From an uncultured Candidatus Saccharibacteria bacterium (GTDB lineage: Bacteria > Patescibacteriota > Minisyncoccia > Phycocordibacterales > CAIZLB01), in contig CAZCNA010000002.1 of NCBI GenBank assembly GCA_964500215.1, positions 1-54,353 of the forward strand: DNA of 54,353 nucleotides, in the 5' to 3' direction. The notes below the pieces were generated by a model, which had not been told where the DNA came from, made no database searches, and saw nothing but the letters and a program-made list of their open reading frames with translations. Position numbers and translations under genes: made by a program. This document shows positions 35,832-44,883 of the stretch, in pieces. Numbering within the stretch: position 1 is the first letter of the stretch; every line of letters starts with the position of its first letter.

Positions 35832-38136
35832 TTTAAAACCCTATCAAGAAAAAGCAGTAAATCAGCTCGTTGAGTCAACGGTTAAACTTTTGGATTTTGA
35901 TGGTCCAGGCGAAGTCTGCGTATTTCAAGCCCCTACCGGATCAGGTAAGACCGTGATGACCGCTATTTTTATAGAAAGTCTTATTAAAGAACTTCCGAAT
36001 GAAGACCTCTGCTTTATTTGGATGAGTATCGGTAAGGGCGATCTCCATGGACAAAGCAAACGGTCCCTTGAGCGTATCTTTGGCGGTTTTCCTCGTGTCT
36101 CGCTTGTTGAGGGAGAGTTTAGTGGCGGTAGAGAGCGAATTGTCCAGAACGAAGTAGTTGTTGCTAACTGGGAAAAACTTCGTGCCAAAGACGGTAAATC
36201 TGGCGAATGGAAAAATCTTGCAATGAAAGATGGCGAGAAACTTAACTTCCGTGATGTACTCGAGAAAACAAAAGAACAAAGAAAAATAATTCTCATCATT
36301 GATGAGAGTCACACTAATGCGTCTACAGGTCGTGCTCAGGAACTTCGTGAGCTTATCGCTGCTGATGTGACGATTGAAATGAGCGCGACTCCAAGCATAA
36401 AAATTACTGCTGAAGACATTGTAGAAACTCGTGCTGGACTAGTGAAAGTAAATCCGAAAGATGTCATAGAAGAAGGAATGATTAAAAAAGAACTCATAAT
36501 CAATGAGGATATCGAGAAGATTGCGAAATCAGAAGATGATTCACAAACAGCGGTCCTCGAGGCGGCTTATAAGAAACGTCTTGAACTCAAGAAAGCTTTC
36601 GCAAAGGAAGATTCTGACATTAATCCACTTGTTTTGATACAGATACCTACGTCTGAGGCTGGTGAACAAAAGATTGATGCTGTAAAGAAGTTTCTTGGTG
36701 ACAAAGGTATTACAGAGAAGAACGGAAAACTTGCTATCTGGCTTGCTGAACAAAAGTCAGAAACTATTGAGTGGATTTCAGAGTCAGATAATCAAATTGA
36801 GTTTTTAATATTTAAACAAGCGATTGACACCGGGTGGGACTGTCCTCGAGCGCATATTCTTGTAAAATTTAGAGATTCTTCAAATATCATTTTCGAAATA
36901 CAAACAGTTGGTCGAATTTTGCGTATGCCAGAGCAAAAGCATTATGAAAATGAGGCTCTTAATCGTGGGTATATTTATACGAATCTTGAATCCATCTCAG
37001 TTAAAAAAGAGGAATACAACCCTAATATCATCAAACATTTAAAGGCCAATAGAGTTAAGGAATATAAGCCACTCAAGATTGAATCTTACTATAAAGCGCG
37101 TGCGGACTACGGGGACATCACTTCAAGCTTTACGCCTGTATTTGAAAAAGTGATGAATAAAGAGCTTGGTATAGAAGATGGTGAGAAACTGGCGAAGATC
37201 AAAACTTCTCTCAAGAGTATGGGTATTGATGTTGAGCTTGAAAAGTACCAACAACAAATAATTGCAGATACTCATATCAGTGCAAAAAACTTCGACGAAC
37301 TACAAGGAAATATTGATCCTACAGCAATGGCAAAGTTAAGTGTTGCCGCTGATGAGTTGCAAATATTCTTTGAACAAATGATCAAGTCACAACTTGGCCC
37401 ATTCAGAAACGTTAAGCGTTCTATTCCTAGTGTAAAGACTGCTATTTACTTGTGGTTCAGAAAATACCTTAACTCTGAAGATTGGCATGAAGAAATACTT
37501 CTTATTCAAAAACTTTGTATGCATAAAGACAATCGTCCTGCGATTGAGAAGATTCTTACAAAAGCAGTCGATGAGTATAAAACGGTCAAAGAGGCTGAGG
37601 TCCGAAAACGTGTCGAGGAAAGCGAAAAGAAATATGTCTTTGAGCTTCCGATCGAACTTTTCTATAACGAATTTACTGATGAAATTGTAACTACTAAAAA
37701 GTACGCTTATCAACCTTGTTATCTAAATATCGATAGATCACTACCCGAGAAATCTTTTGAGAAATTCCTTAACGAAAATAACTCAAAGATTACCTGGTGG
37801 TGGAAAAACGGAGAGAACAAACAGGAATATTTTGGAGTGAAGTACGAATACTCTGGGGCTATTTATACCTTCTACCCCGATTACTTGGTCCAGTTTGCTG
37901 ATGGAAGAATCGGTATATTTGAAGTTAAAGATTCAGGTGATCGTGACGGCAAGACCGACACAAAAGCTAAGGCCGAGGCTTTGCATCAATACATAAAAAT
38001 TCAGAAGAATAAGAAACTCTTTGGTGGTGTTGTGATTGAGAGAAATGGAGATTGGACTCTAAATCAAGAGCCTACTTACAACTGGGAAAAATGTGAGCGT
38101 GGTGATTGGAGTGAATGGCAGAAAATAAACTTATAA
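35821..38136 (+). CDS. Type III restriction enzyme Res-like helicase-nuclease
   Basis: Its start overlaps the mod stop by 11 nt. Helicase motifs are I FQAPTGSGKT, II IIDESH, III MSAT and VI QTVGRILRMPE. The C-terminal PD-(D/E)xK-like motif is FYPDYLV…GIFEVKDSG. Confidence 0.75.
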   Translation: MSINLKPYQEKAVNQLVESTVKLLDFDGPGEVCVFQAPTGSGKTVMTAIFIESLIKELPNEDLCFIWMSIGKGDLHGQSKRSLERIFGGFPRVSLVEGEFSGGRERIVQNEVVVANWEKLRAKDGKSGEWKNLAMKDGEKLNFRDVLEKTKEQRKIILIIDESHTNASTGRAQELRELIAADVTIEMSATPSIKITAEDIVETRAGLVKVNPKDVIEEGMIKKELIINEDIEKIAKSEDDSQTAVLEAAYKKRLELKKAFAKEDSDINPLVLIQIPTSEAGEQKIDAVKKFLGDKGITEKNGKLAIWLAEQKSETIEWISESDNQIEFLIFKQAIDTGWDCPRAHILVKFRDSSNIIFEIQTVGRILRMPEQKHYENEALNRGYIYTNLESISVKKEEYNPNIIKHLKANRVKEYKPLKIESYYKARADYGDITSSFTPVFEKVMNKELGIEDGEKLAKIKTSLKSMGIDVELEKYQQQIIADTHISAKNFDELQGNIDPTAMAKLSVAADELQIFFEQMIKSQLGPFRNVKRSIPSVKTAIYLWFRKYLNSEDWHEEILLIQKLCMHKDNRPAIEKILTKAVDEYKTVKEAEVRKRVEESEKKYVFELPIELFYNEFTDEIVTTKKYAYQPCYLNIDRSLPEKSFEKFLNENNSKITWWWKNGENKQEYFGVKYEYSGAIYTFYPDYLVQFADGRIGIFEVKDSGDRDGKTDTKAKAEALHQYIKIQKNKKLFGGVVIERNGDWTLNQEPTYNWEKCERGDWSEWQKINL

Positions 38137-38822
38137 ACGTCATGTCAATCACTTATCAGAACGGAAATGTAATAGCCCAGTGTCCAAGTTGTAATGGCTC
38201 TTTAACTACCTTTGAAAGAGTTGTTCATGGTAAACCATTGGGTGATGTGGTTGTCGATAAGATTCATCAATTTGAAGGAATAAGTTTCCCTAGAATAATT
38301 TGGACATTGATGAGGTGTGCTTCATGTGGTTATGGTGGAATGGCGGAGATACATGCTAGCGACGATCCAAAGACAGGAAAATTGGGTGCTTTTTATCCTA
38401 ATGTCGTAAAGACGAATAAATTATCCACATCAATTCCTGAGGATATAAAAAAGGAATATAGAGAAGCTGAAAAGTGCTACTCTTTCAAAGCTTATAGAGC
38501 TGCATCCGCACTAGTTAGATCTGTCCTTGAAAAAACATTGAAAGTTAATGGTTATAACAGCAAGAGTAACGGATTGGAAAGAAAAATAGAGCTCGCTGGT
38601 GAAGAAGGAATCATTAGTGCCGCACTAAGTAAAAAAGCTCACGACAAAATTAAAATCTTAGGAGATGATGTTTTGCATGAAGATTGGCGCGAAGTAGCAC
38701 CTGGTGAAGCCGAAGAATCATTGAATTATGCTCTGAGAATCCTGGAGGCTTTTTATGATGATCGAGAGACAGTTTTCTCTATTTTAAAATCGAAGAAACG
38801 AATTAATGATGAACCGAAGTAA
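38115..38822 (+). CDS. zinc-ribbon + DUF4145 domain protein, coupled to res
   Basis: It overlaps the res 3' end by 22 nt, or starts at ATG 38142, 6 nt after the res stop. It has CPSCNG…CASCGY (4-Cys ribbon). The helical domain YRAASALVRSVLEKTLK…KIKILGDDVLHED…ALRILEAFY matches my memory of the DUF4145 pattern. Confidence 0.6.
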   Translation: MAENKLINVMSITYQNGNVIAQCPSCNGSLTTFERVVHGKPLGDVVVDKIHQFEGISFPRIIWTLMRCASCGYGGMAEIHASDDPKTGKLGAFYPNVVKTNKLSTSIPEDIKKEYREAEKCYSFKAYRAASALVRSVLEKTLKVNGYNSKSNGLERKIELAGEEGIISAALSKKAHDKIKILGDDVLHEDWREVAPGEAEESLNYALRILEAFYDDRETVFSILKSKKRINDEPK

Positions 38823-39091
38823 GCATATGAACTTTGGTGCTGGAATAATTGGATATCGCAGCTATTGTACGTCCTCTTCAAATGTGGTCGGTCGTTTTAA
38901 ACATAAATCAGGTGCTAATCCTCATATTGGAGAGGTTTGTAAATTTGAAGTGGTAGAAGAAAATTGAAACTGTTTGTTCCCGAGAGAAGCTTGAAAATGT
39001 ATTAAAAGTAATCAGAGAAGTTTATCCTTATGATTAGATCGCTTTGGATGTGTATTAAAGGATATATATAGATAATTTTACATTTGAACAC

Positions 39092-39120
39092 CTGACCGAA
39101 TTAGCTTTTTTTGATATAAT
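39092..39120 (+). promoter_or_regulatory. promoter CTGACC-17-TATAAT with extended TG, upstream of 39154 gene
   Basis: TGATATAAT at 39112-39120, with a 33-nt leader to ATG 39154. Confidence 0.5.
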
Positions 39121-39153
39121 CTCCACATATTAATCTGTATAACAAGCGCAATC

Positions 39154-39600
39154 ATGTCCCACGAAACACCCGAACAATCTTCAGACCATTCAGGCGAATA
39201 CAAGGAGCTTTTTATTGCAACTGTAAACGACTATCTCAATCAGCTTAGAACAGAGCCATATTTGCCAGATGCGTATTTGCAGCGAACAAGACAACAATTG
39301 AAGGATACAGAAATACCTCTCGAAGATGAAAAGGAGGCAGTTGCTTGCGCTAACGAACTTATTCGACGAATAGAAAAAGTTACACAGTATTTGCGTGCAC
39401 TCAATGAATTAGAAATGATGCAACTTTCTAGTATTGGACATTTGGAAGGACTTGTTGAAAAAGCATCATACTATTACGATGACGAAAAAAAACGAGCTCG
39501 AGCGATTGATCAATATAAAAAATCTATCGACGTTCTCAATGAACAATTATCGCAGACTATCGAAGAACGTAAGGACGTAGAAAAAACGCTAGCAGAATAA
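39154..39600 (+). CDS. hypothetical coiled-coil protein
   Basis: 148-aa ORF, highly charged and helical, with no recognisable family. Confidence 0.45.
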   Translation: MSHETPEQSSDHSGEYKELFIATVNDYLNQLRTEPYLPDAYLQRTRQQLKDTEIPLEDEKEAVACANELIRRIEKVTQYLRALNELEMMQLSSIGHLEGLVEKASYYYDDEKKRARAIDQYKKSIDVLNEQLSQTIEERKDVEKTLAE

Positions 39601-39625
39601 TCACGTTCACTTGTTTCTCCATCTG

Positions 39626-39634
39626 TGATATAAC
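39626..39634 (+). promoter_or_regulatory. extended -10 box TGATATAAC, 6 nt upstream of the tgt GTG start (leaderless geometry)
   Basis: TATAAC at 39629-39634 and GTG at 39641. Confidence 0.5.
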
Positions 39635-39640
39635 TCCACT

Positions 39641-40987
39641 GTGTCAATACAACGATCACTCACATTCAGTATTCAAAAGAAGCTTGTCGCACAAGACGGC
39701 ACGACCAAACTGGGTCGTGTTGGTGAAATCGTCACGCCTCATGGAGTGATTCATACACCGGCGTTCGTGACGGTAGGTACAAAAGCAACTATCAAAGCGA
39801 TCACACCCGAAATGCTCGAATCGCTTGGTGCCGAAGTATGTCTCGCCAATACATATCATTTGTATTTGCAACCTGGAGATGAAGTCATCAAACAGGCTGG
39901 GGGATTGAACGCCTTCATGAATTGGAAAGGACCTACCATGACTGATTCTGGTGGGTTTCAAGCGTTTTCATTGGGCGCGGCGCTTGGCAAGAACATTTCA
40001 AAGCTGACCACCTCCGGCGCCGCGCCCCTCCAACTGGCAGAAGCTCCAAAACCTCGTGTCAAAGACGGCGAAGACATCGCACTCACTGCAGCAAAGATCG
40101 ACGCCAACGGTGTGATGTTCCGATCAATCATCGATGGCTCTGTTCACTATTTCACTCCTGAAAAATCAATTGATATTCAGCACAATATTGGTGCAGATAT
40201 GATTTTTGCATTCGATGAATGTACATCTCCGAACGAACCATTCAATTATCAACGTGAAGCGCTCGATCGTACACATCGATGGGCAAAACGAAGTCTTCAA
40301 TATCACAAAGACGCCGCATATCGTCTCAACGCAGACGGCACGCCACACAATGCATCACGTCAGGCATTGTTCGGTATTGTCCAAGGAGGCCGTCATGAGA
40401 ACCTCCGCAAGGAGAGTGCCCAGATACTGGCTGATATGACCGTCAACGTGGCGTATACGGACGATAAAGGGCAATCACAGACAGCTGTGGAGTCATTCGA
40501 TGGCTTCGGCATCGGAGGATCGTTTGCAAAAGAAGACATGATCACCGCTGTAACATGGGTCAATGGCATCTTGCCCGAAGACAAGCCCCGACATCTCTTG
40601 GGTATTGGTGAACCAGAAGACCTCTTTGGTGCTGTTGAGAATGGCTGTGATTTGTTTGATTGCGTCATGCCAACACGAAATGCCCGCAACGGCACTTTGC
40701 TCACGCGTCTTGGTAAAATAAATATTACAAATACAAAATACGGCACTGATTTCACACCCATCGAAGAAGGCTGCCAGTGTTATACCTGTACGCACTATAC
40801 ACGCGCATATGTCGCGCACTTGTTCCGCGCCAAAGAAATGCTCGCTGGCACCCTCGCCACAATCCATAATCTCTATTTCACTATCAATCTCGTCAAAGAC
40901 ATGCGTGCTGCGATGCTCGAAGGTCCGGATGCCACTGCGTTCTATGCATTCAGGGACAATTTTTTGAAATTATATAAAAAAGAGTAG
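39641..40987 (+). CDS. tgt: tRNA-guanine transglycosylase (queuine tRNA-ribosyltransferase) with insertions
   Basis: It has TPAFVTVGTKATIK, ANTYHLYLQPG, TDSGGFQ, FAFDEC, GIVQGG, GFGIGG and the zinc site CQCYTCTHYTRAYVAHL. At 448 aa it is longer than about 375-aa typical enzymes, owing to at least two inserted segments. Confidence 0.85.
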   Translation: MSIQRSLTFSIQKKLVAQDGTTKLGRVGEIVTPHGVIHTPAFVTVGTKATIKAITPEMLESLGAEVCLANTYHLYLQPGDEVIKQAGGLNAFMNWKGPTMTDSGGFQAFSLGAALGKNISKLTTSGAAPLQLAEAPKPRVKDGEDIALTAAKIDANGVMFRSIIDGSVHYFTPEKSIDIQHNIGADMIFAFDECTSPNEPFNYQREALDRTHRWAKRSLQYHKDAAYRLNADGTPHNASRQALFGIVQGGRHENLRKESAQILADMTVNVAYTDDKGQSQTAVESFDGFGIGGSFAKEDMITAVTWVNGILPEDKPRHLLGIGEPEDLFGAVENGCDLFDCVMPTRNARNGTLLTRLGKINITNTKYGTDFTPIEEGCQCYTCTHYTRAYVAHLFRAKEMLAGTLATIHNLYFTINLVKDMRAAMLEGPDATAFYAFRDNFLKLYKKE

Positions 40988-40995
40988 GGATCTAA

Positions 40996-41034
40996 GAAAA
41001 AGCGCGCGCGGCCGTAAGGCCTGCGCGCGCATTT
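40996..41034. terminator. bidirectional GC-rich terminator between tgt and the 41084 gene
   Basis: GCGCGCGCGGCC-gtaa-GGCCTGCGCGCGC with an A-run upstream and TTT downstream. Confidence 0.65.
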
Positions 41035-41083
41035 GATTATGTTGTGAAATCCCGCACAAGAGTGCAGAACCTCGTTTCGATAC

Positions 41084-41578
41084 TCATCCTGACGGATTCG
41101 TATCCCAGTGTTTGAGGATGTGGTCCTCCAAGTCCAGGTGGCCGATGAACGTCGCCAATGTCGACCAGTCAACCTGGTCGGGCAGTGTTTCCGTATCAGA
41201 AGCATCCGAAAGCTTGAAATCCACGAACGGCAAGTGAATGAATTTGGGGATGTGATGCCCATTCTTCCCAGCGCGGACGTCCAAATGATTGGTCGCCAAC
41301 AGGGGATCAACCACCACCACGTTTTGCACGTCTTTTTCCGCGAGGATATGAAGGAAGATGGCCGTCGCTTGCGACTCCAGATCATCTTCATCCAAACAGA
41401 CCAGGATGTGCTCGAACATGTGAGGTGTTCCCTTCACTTTTTGCATTGCCTCAGCACTTGAAAGTGCAATGTGAATGCTACAGGGACTGTAGTATCCACA
41501 TTTTTCGAACGCCTTAATGATGGCCTTCGGGTCGGTTACCTTGCCGACCACAAGTAACGAGAGAGGTCTCGGTTTCAT
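41084..41578 (-). CDS. hypothetical stand-alone CheY-like (pseudo-)receiver protein (higher-GC gene)
   Basis: LLVVGKVTDPKAIIKAFEKCGYY…SSAEAMQKV…FEHILVCLDEDD has a REC-like layout. TTGACT-17-TATGGT lies 9 nt upstream of ATG 41578. Confidence 0.4.
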   Translation of the reverse strand: MKPRPLSLLVVGKVTDPKAIIKAFEKCGYYSPCSIHIALSSAEAMQKVKGTPHMFEHILVCLDEDDLESQATAIFLHILAEKDVQNVVVVDPLLATNHLDVRAGKNGHHIPKFIHLPFVDFKLSDASDTETLPDQVDWSTLATFIGHLDLEDHILKHWDTNPSG

Positions 41579-41680
41579 TCCGAGCAAACCATAACATAAA
41601 ACACGATAATAGTCAAAGGAACGTCAGGATATGACCTTTTTTGTCTTTATCTTTGTGATATAGTAATGTGCAACAAATAT

Positions 41681-43756
41681 ATGTCTTTATTTAAACTCAA
41701 AACTGAATACGCTCCTGCTGGTGACCAACCACAGGCCATCGAAAAGATAGTCAAAGGCCTCAAACAAGGCATGCGACACCAAACACTCCTCGGTGCCACA
41801 GGAACAGGAAAAACATTCACCGCAGCCAATGTTATTGCACAAATCGGCAAACCGACGCTTGTTATTGCGCACAACAAAACGCTCGCTGCCCAGCTCGCCC
41901 AAGAATACAAAGAATTCTTCCCAGAAAACGCCGTGCATTATTTCGTTTCGTACTATGACTATTATCAGCCTGAAGCATATATCGCGCACTCTGATACATA
42001 TATTGAAAAAGAGGCTCAAATCAACGAAGAAATCGAGCGACTTCGACATGCATCTACGCAGGCATTGCTCACGCGAAAGGATGTCATCATCGTGGCATCC
42101 GTCTCTTGTATTTACGGATTGGGTTCTCCTGTCGAATATGAAAAAGTGAATATGAAAGTGGTCAAAGACATGGTTGCTGATCGATCCGAAGTCATTCGAC
42201 GATTCATTAGTATGTATTTCACTCGTACAACCGCAGATCTCACACCTGGAACATTCCGCGCACTCGGTAACGCTATCGAAGTGATGCCAGTGAACGAACG
42301 CGTTGTATACAAACTCACATTCGGTGCTGACGCAAAAGGCGCATCGATCATTTCTGGCATTACTCAGATCGATGCCATCACTCGACAGATTATCCAAGAA
42401 GCTGAAAGTTTTTTCTTGTTCCCAGCAAAACACTTCGTAACACCCGAAGACGAACGTGAACGAGCTATTGTGGATATCAAAGCGGAACTCGAAGCGCGAC
42501 TCATTCAACTCAAAGCCGAAGGCAAAGAGCTTGAAGCAGAGCGCCTCAAACGGCGTACAAATTATGACCTCGCCCTCATTCGAGAAGTTGGCTATTGTAA
42601 CGGTATCGAAAACTATTCACGACATTTTTCTGGCAAAGCACCAGGAGAAGCACCTGATACATTACTTTCATATTTTCCTCATAATGCTGATGGATCGGCT
42701 GATTTCCTCACTATTATCGACGAGTCCCATGTGACCATTCCACAGATTGGTGGTATGTTTGCGGGCGACCAGTCTCGAAAGAAGACCCTCATTGATTTCG
42801 GTTTCCGACTTCCAAGCGCTGCCGACAACAGACCTCTCAAATTCGCTGAATTCGAACAAAACATTGGCCAAGCCGTATATACAACAGCTACACCAAGCAA
42901 ATATGAAAAAGAATTCAGTGAACAAGTGGTTGAGCAAATCATTCGACCAACAGGCCTCGTTGATCCACAGCTTTTGGTGAAGCCTATCGTTTCAAAAGGT
43001 GAATACAAAGGACAGATTTTCGATTTCATCGATGAAGCTGAAGCTGTTATCCAGAAAGGCTTCCGAGCTATTGCCACAACACTCACAAAAAAGATGGCCG
43101 AAGACCTCACTGAATTTTTGAAGGAACGAAATATCAAAACAAAATATTTGCATAGTGATATCGAAACACTCGAACGTATTCAGATTCTCACCGGCCTCCG
43201 AAAAGGAGAATTCGATATTCTCGTCGGTGTGAACTTGCTCCGAGAAGGTCTTGATCTTCCTGAAGTTGCCCTCATCGGTATTTTGGATGCAGACAAAGAA
43301 GGCTTTTTGCGCTCAGAAACAGCCCTTATTCAGACAATCGGTCGTGCCGCTCGAAATGTCGAAGGTAAAGTGATTCTCTATGCGGACAATATGACTGGAT
43401 CTATGGAACGGGCCATCGGAGAAACAACCCGACGACGAACTATTCAACTTGCATACAACAAAGAGCACGGCATCACTCCAAAAACAATTGCCAAGAAGAT
43501 TCAGGATATTACCGAAAGTATTCAATCAGAACACGAAAAGACAGTTTCAAATTTGCTCGTCCTCGATGCAAGTGCGTTCAACAAGGACCCACATGGATTT
43601 ATTCGTGAAAAAGAACAACAGATGGAAGAAGCCGTGAAATTGCTCGATTTCGAAACGGCAGCCATATTGCGTGATGAGATTAAAGAATTGGCAGAACGTG
43701 TCGGTGAAGCCGGTTCAAAACGACCAACTCGAAAGAAACAGAAAGGCGGGAAGTAG
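41681..43756 (+). CDS. uvrB: excinuclease ABC subunit B
   Basis: It has GDQPQAI, GATGTGKTFT, YYDYYQPEAY and IIDESHVT, plus helicase C motifs and a C-terminal UVR motif (FETAAILRDEIKEL). Start is at ATG 41681. ATG 41666 lies only 1-2 nt after the TGaTATAGT box. Confidence 0.9.
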   Translation: MSLFKLKTEYAPAGDQPQAIEKIVKGLKQGMRHQTLLGATGTGKTFTAANVIAQIGKPTLVIAHNKTLAAQLAQEYKEFFPENAVHYFVSYYDYYQPEAYIAHSDTYIEKEAQINEEIERLRHASTQALLTRKDVIIVASVSCIYGLGSPVEYEKVNMKVVKDMVADRSEVIRRFISMYFTRTTADLTPGTFRALGNAIEVMPVNERVVYKLTFGADAKGASIISGITQIDAITRQIIQEAESFFLFPAKHFVTPEDERERAIVDIKAELEARLIQLKAEGKELEAERLKRRTNYDLALIREVGYCNGIENYSRHFSGKAPGEAPDTLLSYFPHNADGSADFLTIIDESHVTIPQIGGMFAGDQSRKKTLIDFGFRLPSAADNRPLKFAEFEQNIGQAVYTTATPSKYEKEFSEQVVEQIIRPTGLVDPQLLVKPIVSKGEYKGQIFDFIDEAEAVIQKGFRAIATTLTKKMAEDLTEFLKERNIKTKYLHSDIETLERIQILTGLRKGEFDILVGVNLLREGLDLPEVALIGILDADKEGFLRSETALIQTIGRAARNVEGKVILYADNMTGSMERAIGETTRRRTIQLAYNKEHGITPKTIAKKIQDITESIQSEHEKTVSNLLVLDASAFNKDPHGFIREKEQQMEEAVKLLDFETAAILRDEIKELAERVGEAGSKRPTRKKQKGGK

Positions 43757-43959
43757 AGAAACGCTGAAAAAGTGAATGCAAGGTATTAGGAGCGATTTTC
43801 TGGTGCAATATACGAAAATATTGATGCACTACATGTATCATGGTATTATTTTTGCCTGGCTACTTTGGCATGACGTCAAAGAGGGGCTGGAATAGTACCA
43901 TTACACTGTCAAAACGTTAGTACGTTCAAACACCAACCAGAAAGGATCACCAATCCACT

Positions 43960-44631
43960 ATGAACCATCGTCACCCCCATCGCCTTATTATTGGGCCGAA
44001 TGGGGCAGGAAAAACACTACACGGTCGCGCGTTAGCGGGACTTCTCAATTCGCCGTATGCAGACATGAGCCGCGTGCTCAAAATTGCTTCGGCGTTTCAA
44101 CCACAACTTCGGGATAAGATCGCCCACTATGTGGCACGTGGAGAATACGTGCCTGACGAGATTACCATGACGCAGTTCGATATCTACATGTCGACGCATC
44201 GTCGTGGGGACAGTCTCGTCTTCATGGGCATTCCTCGTAAGCAGGAGCAAGTGCAGCCGTTCATTCAGTCGCTCGAACGGCATGTGGGGTATTCTTCGCT
44301 GGATGTTGCTGACTTGCATCTGACGCCCGAAGCGGCGCTCAAACGTTGTCAGCAACGTGCGGAAGAGGATATCTCCAAGGGAATCGCCCCTCGTAAAGAT
44401 GACGTCGACGAGAAACTCATTCGGCGTCGGCTCGAGATTTGGGATGAAGAGCGCGACTCTCTCGTTCGTCGTATCAGTCAGTATGCCGAGATTCGGCGGG
44501 TTGACTGTCGCGATGATCCCCAAGAAACATTCATTGGGATTGTGAGGGTTTTTGGTCTCGCCGAGAATTTTCTCATCAGACCCGAAGGTCTTCACCTTTG
44601 CAGTGCTGGCGCAGTTGGCGCGGGCGTTTGA
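43960..44631 (+). CDS. adenylate kinase family protein, short-LID type (higher-GC gene between uvrB and uvrA)
   Basis: It has the P-loop GPNGAGKT, GEYVPDEIT, GIPRKQEQ (the GFPRTxxQA equivalent), and RKDDVDEKLIRRRLEIW (the R.DD..E.I..RL..Y equivalent). Confidence 0.6.
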   Translation: MNHRHPHRLIIGPNGAGKTLHGRALAGLLNSPYADMSRVLKIASAFQPQLRDKIAHYVARGEYVPDEITMTQFDIYMSTHRRGDSLVFMGIPRKQEQVQPFIQSLERHVGYSSLDVADLHLTPEAALKRCQQRAEEDISKGIAPRKDDVDEKLIRRRLEIWDEERDSLVRRISQYAEIRRVDCRDDPQETFIGIVRVFGLAENFLIRPEGLHLCSAGAVGAGV

Positions 44632-44679
44632 TCGCAAGCGTATAGTCACAAGTGTGAGCGTTTAGTCGCAAGATTAATG

Positions 44680-44713
44680 GCGCCGATTCCCCGAAGGGGG
44701 AATCGGCGCTTTT
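44680..44713 (+). terminator. intrinsic terminator of the adenylate-kinase-like gene
   Basis: GCGCCGATTCCCC-gaa-GGGGGAATCGGCGC followed by TTTT. Confidence 0.75.
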
Positions 44714-44883
44714 ACTTTGCGTTATGTATCACTATATTAGATTATGTTGGATTCAAACCTCTGCCCTCAAAATTGTTGCATTTTGTAATATACCCCTTAT
44801 ACTGGTGTCATATAAGAAGACATAGACAGCCCCTATAGACGGATCCGGGCTGATTTTGCGTTATATACACAATTAATATTTAT

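Noticed and set aside
38827-38967. A 46-codon ORF (MNFGAGIIGYRSYCTSSSNVVGRFKHKSGANPHIGEVCKFEVVEEN) starts 5 nt after the DUF4145 gene.
   Set aside because: It has no recognisable motif, promoter or SD. In AT-rich DNA of this length it could be chance or a gene remnant. I left it unannotated and note it as something to check with tblastn.
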